NCBI GenBank assembly: GCA_963738405.1
Contig: CAVTWJ010000001.1
Span: 32,001-96,000 of the forward strand
Direction: 5' to 3'
Length of the DNA stretch: 64,000 nucleotides
DNA from: a candidate division FCPU426 bacterium
GTDB lineage: Bacteria > Oederibacteriota > Muellerivitia > Muellerivitales > Muellerivitaceae
Shown here piece by piece: positions 9,700-17,339 of the stretch. Each line of letters opens with the position of its first letter. The first letter of the stretch is position 1. The position numbers and the translations under genes are program-made. Under the pieces are notes generated by a model. It searched no databases. It was not told the origin of the DNA and worked only from the letters and a program-made list of their open reading frames with translations.

Positions 9700-9736
9700 C
9701 AGGTTGAATTGATCGTATTACGATCAATTCAACCTG
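9700..9736. repeat. Perfect palindrome, 18-bp arms, 1-nt spacer
   Basis: CAGGTTGAATTGATCGTA-T-TACGATCAATTCAACCTG. Confidence 0.95.
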
Positions 9737-9742
9737 CTTGCT

Positions 9743-9777
9743 GCCAATTAATCGTCAGGGCCTGACGATTAATTGGC
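9743..9777. repeat. Perfect palindrome, 17-bp arms, 1-nt spacer
   Basis: GCCAATTAATCGTCAGG-G-CCTGACGATTAATTGGC. Confidence 0.95.
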
Positions 9778-9827
9778 CGCGAGACTGTCCAACACATGGC
9801 ACCAAACCCGATCCTCAGTGCCTCAGC

Positions 9828-9954
9828 TAAATCTTCGCTTAATTAAATTAGATCCTCGCTTAATGACACAAAATCTTCGCTTAATTGGGATTAAATCTTC
9901 GCTTAATTAGGCCAATTCCTCGCTTAATTGGTCCAAATTCTCGCTTAATAAAGG
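9828..9954. repeat. Six direct repeats, 21/22-bp period, invariant core TCGCTTAAT (iteron-like)
   Basis: Core starts at 9835, 9856, 9877, 9899, 9920, 9941. Confidence 0.92.
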
Positions 9955-10000
9955 GTTTTTTGCGTAAAATTGGGTTGTTTAAAACACTCCTTATTACGCC

Positions 10001-10090
10001 ATTGTGCCAAAGGCGGGGTCGGGTTGGCACAATACGGTCGCCGTGGCACGATCCCTTGGCACGATAGGGTGGCACAATAAGTGGCACGAT
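10001..10090. repeat. Cluster of TGGCACRAT boxes (5 direct + 1 inverted)
   Basis: Direct copies at 10025, 10044, 10057, 10070, 10082; inverted ATTGTGCCA at 10001. Confidence 0.9.
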
Positions 10091-10169
10091 TCGCTTTTCC
10101 GGTTCTTTGGCCGTAAAACCCCTTCAAGGGGGTAAAGTAACTTTCAAAAGGGTTTGAAAAGGGGAAACC

Positions 10170-10745
10170 GTGCAAAGAGGCAGGTTAGAGGCTTTCAGCG
10201 ATGGTGTCTTGGCCATCATCATTACCATTATGGTGCTGGATTTAAGGCCTCCCCATAGCGGGGAACTGACGGCCCTGCGGCCCGTTTTGCCCAACCTGAT
10301 CAGTTACGCCCTTAGCTTTACCTACGTTGGCATTTACTGGAGCAACCATCACCACATGTTTCAAGCCGTCAAAGGGGTAAACGGCAAAATCCTGTTGGCT
10401 AATTTACACCTGCTTTTTTGGCTTTCCCTTACGCCCTTTGCCACGGCTTGGCTCGCCCAGGTGGGTATCTCCACTTGGCCGGTAGCTCTCTACGGGATGG
10501 TCCTTTTTTTATCCGCCATTTCCTACACGATTCTTTTGAGAACCCTGATTGCCCATCATGGAAAGGATTCTGTTCTGGCCAAGGCTATTGGCTCGGATTT
10601 CAAAGGGAATCTTTCTATCGGGCTTTATGTTACCGGGATTCTTTTAGCTTTCGTGTTTCCCTGGGTATCTTACGGACTTTATTTCATAGTGGCCGTTATC
10701 TGGATCGTTCCCGACCAAAGGATTGAAAAACTACTTTCCAAATAG
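10170..10745 (+). CDS. TMEM175 family (DUF1211) potassium channel
   Basis: RLEAFSDGVLAIIITIMVL signature, YALSF..GIYWSNHHHMF. Confidence 0.93.
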   Translation: MQRGRLEAFSDGVLAIIITIMVLDLRPPHSGELTALRPVLPNLISYALSFTYVGIYWSNHHHMFQAVKGVNGKILLANLHLLFWLSLTPFATAWLAQVGISTWPVALYGMVLFLSAISYTILLRTLIAHHGKDSVLAKAIGSDFKGNLSIGLYVTGILLAFVFPWVSYGLYFIVAVIWIVPDQRIEKLLSK

Positions 10746-10884
10746 TTTATCCGGCGTCTTTTTGCGGGACTATCGTTGTATTGGGTTTAAGGTTTTGCCC
10801 ATGACGGGAATCCAGAATGGACAATCATTTAAAATAAGTCCAAATTACCGGTTCATATTCGAAATCCCAAAGGATTAAGAAAAT

Positions 10885-11766
10885 ATGATGAGGAGAAATA
10901 TTATTTGGTTCAAAGCGGGTCTTTTAGGGATTCTTTTATTCTCGTTCCAATCCTGCGCCCCTCACGAACCTCCCTATCGATTGTTTCCCGAAAACTTTTC
11001 TTGGGGGGAATACCAGGTAGAAAAGATGCTTCGGGACCGACCTGTTATGGCCAAGTACGTCCAAAAAGGGGACAAGGTTTGGGGTTGGACGGTCCGTCAG
11101 TTCGCGGGGGAATGGATAAAAGGGGGTATTGAATGGGATCCGACGGACCCTAAACCGCTTTGGGACGCCATGTATTATGGGGCCGATGGAATCAACAAGG
11201 CACGCGTACAAGTGACGGCATTGTCGGCCATGAGGCATTTCCATTTTGGAAAGCCCAAGGAAGGGCCCGAATTGTGGTATGACCTCGTGTTTGAACTTTG
11301 TAATGTACAGGGTTTTGAAAAAAAAAGGGAGATCAATCACCTTGCCGATACGGAAAAAATCGGGGAAGAGGAATATTGTTTCCGCGCCTATCTGGAGGAG
11401 GCGGTGGACACCAGGCAGAAAGTTCGTCATTTTTTTATGGATTTGTGGGTCCCAAATTGCAAAAGGCTCTCCCTTTATCCCTGGGACGAATTCATGAAAT
11501 ATGCCGACAACGTCGGAGTCCCCGTTTGGACCTCCCGAGAATTCATGAATAAATATTTCAGCGTCGATTATACCCATCCAGTGAAAAGAAACGGTTTCCA
11601 AGAGGACTTTTGCTACCACCACGAATTTTACAAAAAGCAGTATGAGGACCAGGTGGTTCCCCTGCTTAAAAGCAGCCTAACCCCCATTCCCACGCCCATG
11701 ACCTTGCCTGATTTGAGGAAAAAGTTGGCCGTGGAATTGCCGCCTGAGGAAAAATTACGGTCCTAA
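10885..11766 (+). CDS. Hypothetical lipoprotein
   Basis: Signal peptide ending FSFQS-C; 293-aa ORF; no recognisable family. Confidence 0.6.
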   Translation: MMRRNIIWFKAGLLGILLFSFQSCAPHEPPYRLFPENFSWGEYQVEKMLRDRPVMAKYVQKGDKVWGWTVRQFAGEWIKGGIEWDPTDPKPLWDAMYYGADGINKARVQVTALSAMRHFHFGKPKEGPELWYDLVFELCNVQGFEKKREINHLADTEKIGEEEYCFRAYLEEAVDTRQKVRHFFMDLWVPNCKRLSLYPWDEFMKYADNVGVPVWTSREFMNKYFSVDYTHPVKRNGFQEDFCYHHEFYKKQYEDQVVPLLKSSLTPIPTPMTLPDLRKKLAVELPPEEKLRS

Positions 11767-12015
11767 ATCCGGAGAGCCTGTCCACGAAGGGGAGGGGTTT
11801 CGAAAATTGGAACGTGGGAACTTACTGGGAATTCCCACTTGGGGATAACGGTTCTAAACTCGTCCAATGCGGGGACCCGGATTGGACAAATCGTGCCGTA
11901 CCCACCCTTTCATTATCTCTCCAATCTTCCTATTGTGATGTTTCGCTTCTCCATTGGGCGAATCCGTGGGCAATTTACCGGTTTTAAGCTTGGATGAACA
12001 AACAAAAAGGACAAT

Positions 12016-12225
12016 ATGGCCAACCAAACAAATGTTTTGAAGTCGTTCGTCTCGATAGTTGATATTCATGGGTTAAAACACAGCGTTAATCTCGCAAACG
12101 TCACCCACATTTATTTTGAGGAACGAAACTTAACGACCATTAAATTCGTGAATGAAACGGACATCAATTTTGATCTGACAAAGCATCCGTTGCTATTGAA
12201 GTTGTTCCATAAAGTGGCGCTGTAA
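12016..12225 (+). CDS. Small hypothetical protein
   Basis: ATG with AAAGGA RBS; 69 aa, beta-rich (SVNLANVTHIYF); AT-rich. Confidence 0.5.
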   Translation: MANQTNVLKSFVSIVDIHGLKHSVNLANVTHIYFEERNLTTIKFVNETDINFDLTKHPLLLKLFHKVAL

Positions 12226-12261
12226 TTAAAGCTGTCTAAACGACATCGAAATAAATAATAT

Positions 12262-12882
12262 TCAAGGGGCTCCTGCAGAAGGGAATTGGTAACGGTCAAG
12301 GGGAGAACTAGGCAACTGATAATCCTCTACCCAAGGCATGTGTAAAAAGCCCTGCCGGACGCTCAATTCTAATTTTGACCCCGGCCCCAGGGTGTAATAG
12401 AGGGCGGGGGTTACCAGCAATTCGCAGGTATCCTTATCGTTGTCCCAATTCATAAAATAAATCAAATGGGCCATGGGGCTAGGCCCTTCCTTGAAACTTC
12501 CCCCCAAGGCCGATATTTTTTTATCCGTCACCACGATCGTTTGGGCTTGGGATGGGGAAAAATCCAATAGCCCATTCACCAATTGAACGCTGAACCGGAA
12601 AAAGCAGGTCAGCAGGAACCAAAAGACCAAGAAAACCGTCCACACTATGGCCGACGGTATCTTTTCCTTAAGGGCTTCTTTTATGAGGTTCTTGAAGAGT
12701 TGGTAACAAAGACCGAGGGATAGGGCGCCGCTGATGAGATCAACCCACCAAAAATCCGTATGGCTGACAAGCCGGTAGAAAATGCCGCATAAGACGTATT
12801 CCGCAACGAGCACCGCGATGAAGAGAACGAATAGTTTGAAGTAGAGATAGGCGCGGCTGGTTTGCATAGCGGTGAAATACAC
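12262..12882 (-). CDS. Hypothetical membrane protein
   Basis: Three TM segments plus an OB-like C-terminal part (LSVRQGFLHMPWV). Confidence 0.6.
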   Translation of the reverse strand: MYFTAMQTSRAYLYFKLFVLFIAVLVAEYVLCGIFYRLVSHTDFWWVDLISGALSLGLCYQLFKNLIKEALKEKIPSAIVWTVFLVFWFLLTCFFRFSVQLVNGLLDFSPSQAQTIVVTDKKISALGGSFKEGPSPMAHLIYFMNWDNDKDTCELLVTPALYYTLGPGSKLELSVRQGFLHMPWVEDYQLPSSPLDRYQFPSAGAP

Positions 12883-13042
12883 CTTTCAAAATAAGTTTAA
12901 TCGCCCGACTGATTTTCTCTAAGGCATTTCAAGCCGAATCATTGTGGGGTGGTCCGGGTCTCGATTTTTTAGATACCCGCTGGAAAACAACGCCTCTTTT
13001 AGGTCATAATCCCATTCGTCACCGCTATCCCAGGAGGAAAGT

Positions 13043-13321
13043 ATGTCCGTCAAAGTCCTTATTCCCACGCCCCTTCGCAACCTGACCCAAAACCAAGCCG
13101 AGGTATCCGCCGATGGCGCCACCATCGGGGAAATTATTGAAAGCCTTGGAAAAAACCACGACGGTTTGAAAGGCCGAATTCTGGATGAAAACGGCAAGAT
13201 CCGCCGGTTCGTGAACATCTATTTAAACGAAGAAGACATTCGTTTTCTGCAGGGCGAAGCCACGGCCGTGAAGGAAGGTGACCAAATTTCCATCGTACCC
13301 GCCATCGCCGGCGGGAAGTAA
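13043..13321 (+). CDS. MoaD/ThiS/CysO family ubiquitin-like sulfur carrier
   Basis: IPTPLR...RRFVNIYLNEEDIRFL...ISIVPAIAGG-K; RBS AGGAGG. Confidence 0.92.
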   Translation: MSVKVLIPTPLRNLTQNQAEVSADGATIGEIIESLGKNHDGLKGRILDENGKIRRFVNIYLNEEDIRFLQGEATAVKEGDQISIVPAIAGGK

Positions 13322-13330
13322 CAGCCAATA

Positions 13331-13458
13331 TTCACCACCAAGGCACCAAGTAATGCAAAACGAATTTTGGGTTAACCCTCTAAAGACCTATTTAAAGAAG
13401 TAAAGATTTTTTAAAACTAAACATTTTGCTTTTCTTGGTGACTTGGTGTCTTGGTGGT
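13331..13458. repeat. Miniature inverted-repeat element (copy 2 of the CACCAAG element)
   Basis: Left arm TTCACCACCAAGGCACCAAG (13331-13350); right arm 13430-13458 is identical over 29 bp to 2582-2610. Confidence 0.9.
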
Positions 13459-13488
13459 TCAATAGCTTTTGGGATTTGAGGTGTTTTT

Positions 13489-13734
13489 ATGGCTTCCATC
13501 AAACAACTTGTTGAACTGGATTATCCCAACGACCAGGTGACCCAACCGGTTTTGTCGGAAGTCATCAAAAAGTATGACATCACGGTTAATATTCGCCGGG
13601 CCTCCATCACCAAGGGCTTCGGCTATGTGCAGATGGAAATTGTCGGTGAGGAAAAAGAAGTCAAAAAAGCCCTGGCCCACCTGCAAAAGATGAACATCGA
13701 CGTCAATCCCATCACCAAAGACATCGTCGAGTAA
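13489..13734 (+). CDS. NIL domain protein (ACT-like)
   Basis: QPVLSEVIKKYDITVNIRRASIT..GYVQMEIVGE..VKKALAHL pattern; context with the sulfur carrier. Confidence 0.8.
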   Translation: MASIKQLVELDYPNDQVTQPVLSEVIKKYDITVNIRRASITKGFGYVQMEIVGEEKEVKKALAHLQKMNIDVNPITKDIVE

Positions 13735-13737
13735 CCC

Positions 13738-14439
13738 ATGCCCGAAACCTCACAAGCGAGGGCCCTTCCTGCGGAAGGGTCTCCCGAATGGTTGGATCGT
13801 TATTCCCGCCAAACCCTTTTGTCGGGGGTAGGGGTCGAGGGCCAAAAAAAATGGTCGCAATCGACGTTAAGAGTGGCTGGTGAGGGGGAAGCCCTGGAAG
13901 CCTGTTTGACGGCCCTGGCTTCTTCGGGAATAGGATATTTACAGGTCCTTACCTCGCACCCCTACGACCCTAAGCCTTTTGCTCAAGCCCACCCTCAGAC
14001 AAAGGTCGTCACGCTTTCCGATTTAAACACCCATACAGACGCTGATTTAACCCTGGTGGTAACAGGCGAGGCGGATTTCAGGCGCCGTATCAGCCGACAA
14101 CTGCGCACTCAAAATAAAACCGGCATCTTCGCTTGGCCCGCGGCGAGCGGCTTTGCCCTTTGGGTGGGGCTCCATACCCTGGGCCATTGCCCCTGCCTGG
14201 AATGTTTTGAAGTGCTAAATCCTAAAGCCTTTACCAGGGGAACCCCGGTTGTTCAAAGGCTTCTGGGCCAGGCGGCGGCATCGGAGGCTCTTCTTTACCT
14301 GATCAAAGGGGAATCCCCGCTGGCCAATAAGGTTTGGATTACTTCTTTGGATGAGGGCGTTTCCCTGCATCACGAGGTGTTTCCGTCCTATAAATGCCCC
14401 GCACAGCTTGCGGATGAGGGAGCGCCCGTAACCCCATGA
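13738..14439 (+). CDS. ThiF/MoeB-like protein, degenerate
   Basis: RYSRQTLL..VGVEGQKK N-terminus and CPCLEC/CP Zn ligands retained; GxGxxG and DxD..SNLxRQ motifs absent. Confidence 0.7.
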   Translation: MPETSQARALPAEGSPEWLDRYSRQTLLSGVGVEGQKKWSQSTLRVAGEGEALEACLTALASSGIGYLQVLTSHPYDPKPFAQAHPQTKVVTLSDLNTHTDADLTLVVTGEADFRRRISRQLRTQNKTGIFAWPAASGFALWVGLHTLGHCPCLECFEVLNPKAFTRGTPVVQRLLGQAAASEALLYLIKGESPLANKVWITSLDEGVSLHHEVFPSYKCPAQLADEGAPVTP

Positions 14440-15395
14440 TCCACAACCGCTACCCCCTTTCCTCCAACGTCATTCAACTGATTGGCAACACGCCCCTGCT
14501 TCGGTTGCGGCGCATTCCGGACAAGAACCACGCCCAGGTTCTCTGCAAGCTGGAATCTTTCAACCCCGGGGGAAGCCTGAAGGATCGCATCGCACTGGCC
14601 ATGATTGAGGACGCCGAAGCCAAGGGGAATCTGAAACCCGGCGGGACGGTGGTGGAACCCACCAGCGGCAACACAGGGATCGGCTTGGCGATGGTCTGCG
14701 CCCAGAGGGGTTACAAGTTGATACTCTGCATGCCGGAAGACATGAGCCGGGAGAGGCGGGTGGTGCTGAAGGCCTATGGGGCGGAGCTGGTTTTAACCCC
14801 GGCTTCGGGGTTCATGGCCGCCGCAGTGGAGAAAGCCAAGAAAATTTTGGCCGAACATCCCGAATACTTCATGCCGGGGCAGTTTTCCAACAGGGCCAAC
14901 CCCGAGGCCCATATCAAAACCACGGCACCTGAGATCGACCGGGATACCGCCGGGCAGTTGGACGCCTTCGTGGCGGGTATTGGCACGGGCGGCACCATTA
15001 CGGGTGTGGGTGAATATTTCAAAGGGAAGGGTTCTAAGGTTCAAATCATCGGGGTGGAGCCCGCCTCTTCGGCGGTGCTTTCCGGCGGGAAGCCGGGGAC
15101 CCACCGTATTCAAGGAATCGGGGCGGGGTTTATACCGCCCGTATTGAACCGGGCGGTGATGGATGAAGTATTAACCGTGGATGATCGAAACGCCTATCTC
15201 ATGACCAAACGCCTCGCTAGGGAAGAGGGTCTTCTCCTTGGAATTTCTTCCGGTGCCAACGTGGTAGCGGCCCTGCGGGTGGCCCAAAGGATGGGGCCGG
15301 AGGCCAGGGTGGTGACCATTTGCTGCGATATGGGGGAAAGATATTTCAGTTTGGATGAGGAATTTAAGGGCGAGACGACTTCAGACAGCATTTGA
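14436..15395 (+). CDS. cysK: Cysteine synthase A
   Basis: KLESFNPGGSLKDRIA (PLP Lys), EPTSGNTGIGLA, GIGTGGTITG, HRIQGIGAGF, GISSGAN. Confidence 0.93.
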   Translation: MIHNRYPLSSNVIQLIGNTPLLRLRRIPDKNHAQVLCKLESFNPGGSLKDRIALAMIEDAEAKGNLKPGGTVVEPTSGNTGIGLAMVCAQRGYKLILCMPEDMSRERRVVLKAYGAELVLTPASGFMAAAVEKAKKILAEHPEYFMPGQFSNRANPEAHIKTTAPEIDRDTAGQLDAFVAGIGTGGTITGVGEYFKGKGSKVQIIGVEPASSAVLSGGKPGTHRIQGIGAGFIPPVLNRAVMDEVLTVDDRNAYLMTKRLAREEGLLLGISSGANVVAALRVAQRMGPEARVVTICCDMGERYFSLDEEFKGETTSDSI

Positions 15396-15399
15396 GCGG

Positions 15400-16470
15400 T
15401 TAATCTTTTCCCGCGCTGCTAAAAAGAAGTAGAAGATCTGGCACTTCGTAAGCCTGGGTCACCTGCTCGGTTCCCAACCGGCAAACCCAGGAGCCGGGTT
15501 TCAATTGACCCATGGCTTTGAGTTGGCCGAGGGTAAAGGGGCCTTCCCAAGCATCGTTTTGGAACACCATGAAGGCCGCGCCGGTATCGAAAATCTCGAA
15601 AATCGGCGAAAGCTTGAGAATGTCCAGATCCCCGCCTTCATCAGGCGCCAAGATGGATATTTCTTCCACGGGGTCATCCAAATGAGCCGCTTTTTTGGAT
15701 TCTCCGGCAGAGGTTGAGTGCGGGGTCGTTTTATCAGCCGGTTTGGCGGCGGAGGGAACTTGGCCTTTTTCCTGCCCGGAAGGCTGGGCTGTCTTTTCCT
15801 TCGCCGTCGAATCTTTAGGGGCCTCCGCCTTTTCCTGCTTTAAGGGCTCGGTAACGGCCGCCTTTTCCTTTGTGGCTGAGGGGAATATCTTTTTCTCTTC
15901 TTCTTTTAAACGGGCAATTTCTTCCTTCAACTGCTTGACCTTCATGGTATCCGGCACGGGCTTCGCCATTTCATTCTCAAATTCAATGCGTTTGACGTGC
16001 AGGGGGTAGGATTTTCGAAGGATCTTGAAGCATTTTTTTAATTCGGGATCGGCGGTGTTGGACTGCAGGGTCAAGAGATTCAAGGCGATCGAGTAGGCCA
16101 GTTCTATGTTGTCGGATTTGTGATCGGGGTTGCTGGCCACATATTGATTGAAGTGCTTAATGGCGTTGAGATAGATCTGATAGGCCTTCTTGGGGTCTTT
16201 GTCTTCCTGATAATACTTGCCCACCAGGTAATGGCATTGCAGGTCGAAGTTGTTCACGTGGTCGAGAGTTTCAAAGAGCCGCAAGGCCTCGGCCATGTGA
16301 TCTTCGTTGATATCTTGGTTCGTAAAACGGTTTAACAGACAGAATTTGATGAATTGGGTTCTGAGGCCGTGATCCCGCGGATTTTCAGCCTGGGCTTTTT
16401 TGAACTTTTTGTATTCGCTCGTATAGGTATCGGTTTTTCCGAAGATGGAAGAAAAGGGATTAAGACCCAT
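15400..16470 (-). CDS. TPR-like protein with disordered linker and C-terminal GYF_2 (DUF4339)-like domain
   Basis: Helical TPR-like N-terminus (HYLVGKYYQ..AYQIY); C-terminal WEGPFTLGQLKAM..PGSWVCRLG. Confidence 0.6.
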   Translation of the reverse strand: MGLNPFSSIFGKTDTYTSEYKKFKKAQAENPRDHGLRTQFIKFCLLNRFTNQDINEDHMAEALRLFETLDHVNNFDLQCHYLVGKYYQEDKDPKKAYQIYLNAIKHFNQYVASNPDHKSDNIELAYSIALNLLTLQSNTADPELKKCFKILRKSYPLHVKRIEFENEMAKPVPDTMKVKQLKEEIARLKEEEKKIFPSATKEKAAVTEPLKQEKAEAPKDSTAKEKTAQPSGQEKGQVPSAAKPADKTTPHSTSAGESKKAAHLDDPVEEISILAPDEGGDLDILKLSPIFEIFDTGAAFMVFQNDAWEGPFTLGQLKAMGQLKPGSWVCRLGTEQVTQAYEVPDLLLLFSSAGKD

Positions 16471-16539
16471 AGGCTCCTGCTTTTATATGAATAGAGGACG
16501 TGAAAATGAGAAGACTCCTAAAATGACAAGGGCTTGTGG

Positions 16540-17076
16540 CTAAAACCATTTCCAGGGTTTTACCAACCGCTCAAAAAAGCCAATCTTTTTAGGGGTTTGG
16601 AAAGTCAGGGGTACACCAGTACTTTCGGCCGGGGTGGGTTCTGGAAGGGAGGTTCCTGAGGCGGGGCTATCAAGGCCCTTGGCGGGTTTGGCTTTATCCG
16701 AGGTTTTGCCCGCGAGGGATCTACCGTAGCCTTTGGACACGGCCTGATCCACGTCTTGAAAGGATTTTAAAATGGTATTGAATTCCAGGAGTTCGAAAAC
16801 TTCCGTTACCTCAGAGCCCATCCCCGTGAGAAACAGATTTCCCTTTTGACCCCTGATGCGCTTGAGTTCGCCGATAAAAATACCCCAGCCCGCGCTGCTG
16901 ATGTAGGAGACATCCTTCAGGTCGACGATAAGGTTGTACCGATTTTCACCTAAAACCGTTTGGAAAACTTTTTCAAATTCCGGCGCGGTCGTAGTGTCGA
17001 TGAAACCTTTGGCGGAGATCACCGTGATGTCTTTGTGCAGGTGGTGGCCAGAAGCGGAAACGGTAATATTTGGCAT
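16540..17076 (-). CDS. STAS domain anti-sigma-factor antagonist
   Basis: GFIDTTTAPEF, LIVDLKDVSYISSAGWG, VFELLEF; C-terminal extension. Confidence 0.88.
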   Translation of the reverse strand: MPNITVSASGHHLHKDITVISAKGFIDTTTAPEFEKVFQTVLGENRYNLIVDLKDVSYISSAGWGIFIGELKRIRGQKGNLFLTGMGSEVTEVFELLEFNTILKSFQDVDQAVSKGYGRSLAGKTSDKAKPAKGLDSPASGTSLPEPTPAESTGVPLTFQTPKKIGFFERLVKPWKWF

Positions 17077-17339
17077 ATTTCCTCAAAAAATATTTGCGAG
17101 ATGGCCGTATTATGGACTTGTTTTAACGTTTCTTTCAAGCCCCGCAATAAATACATCAGGAAAGTTTCCTAAATTGAATTGAAAGGGCTACCCAAGGGCA
17201 AAAATTATTCCGGACTGATATTGTTAAGTTTAATTTTCGTTTTAAATTCAGAATAACCCTCCTGCTCTTTAGGTAAACGGTTTATTTTGACCGTGGCAAG
17301 GGCCTTTTCATCGGATAAAATTCCTACACTTTTTAATTC

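Noticed and set aside
9828..9954. CRISPR array interpretation of the 21-bp repeats
   Set aside because: Variable parts are only 5-6 nt, the repeats are not palindromic and no cas genes are in the window.
10025..10095. Sigma54 promoter
   Set aside because: TGGCAC is present but no copy has a consensus TTGC -12 element at the GG-N10-GC spacing.
9881..10175. Short ORFs (60-76 aa) over the repeat arrays
   Set aside because: They merely translate the repeats, lack RBSs, and the 22-bp unit breaks frame.
12883..13042. SAM riboswitch upstream of the sulfur-carrier cluster
   Set aside because: No SAM-I core (ATC..GAG...GAGGGA..GGCCC...GCAACC) is visible.
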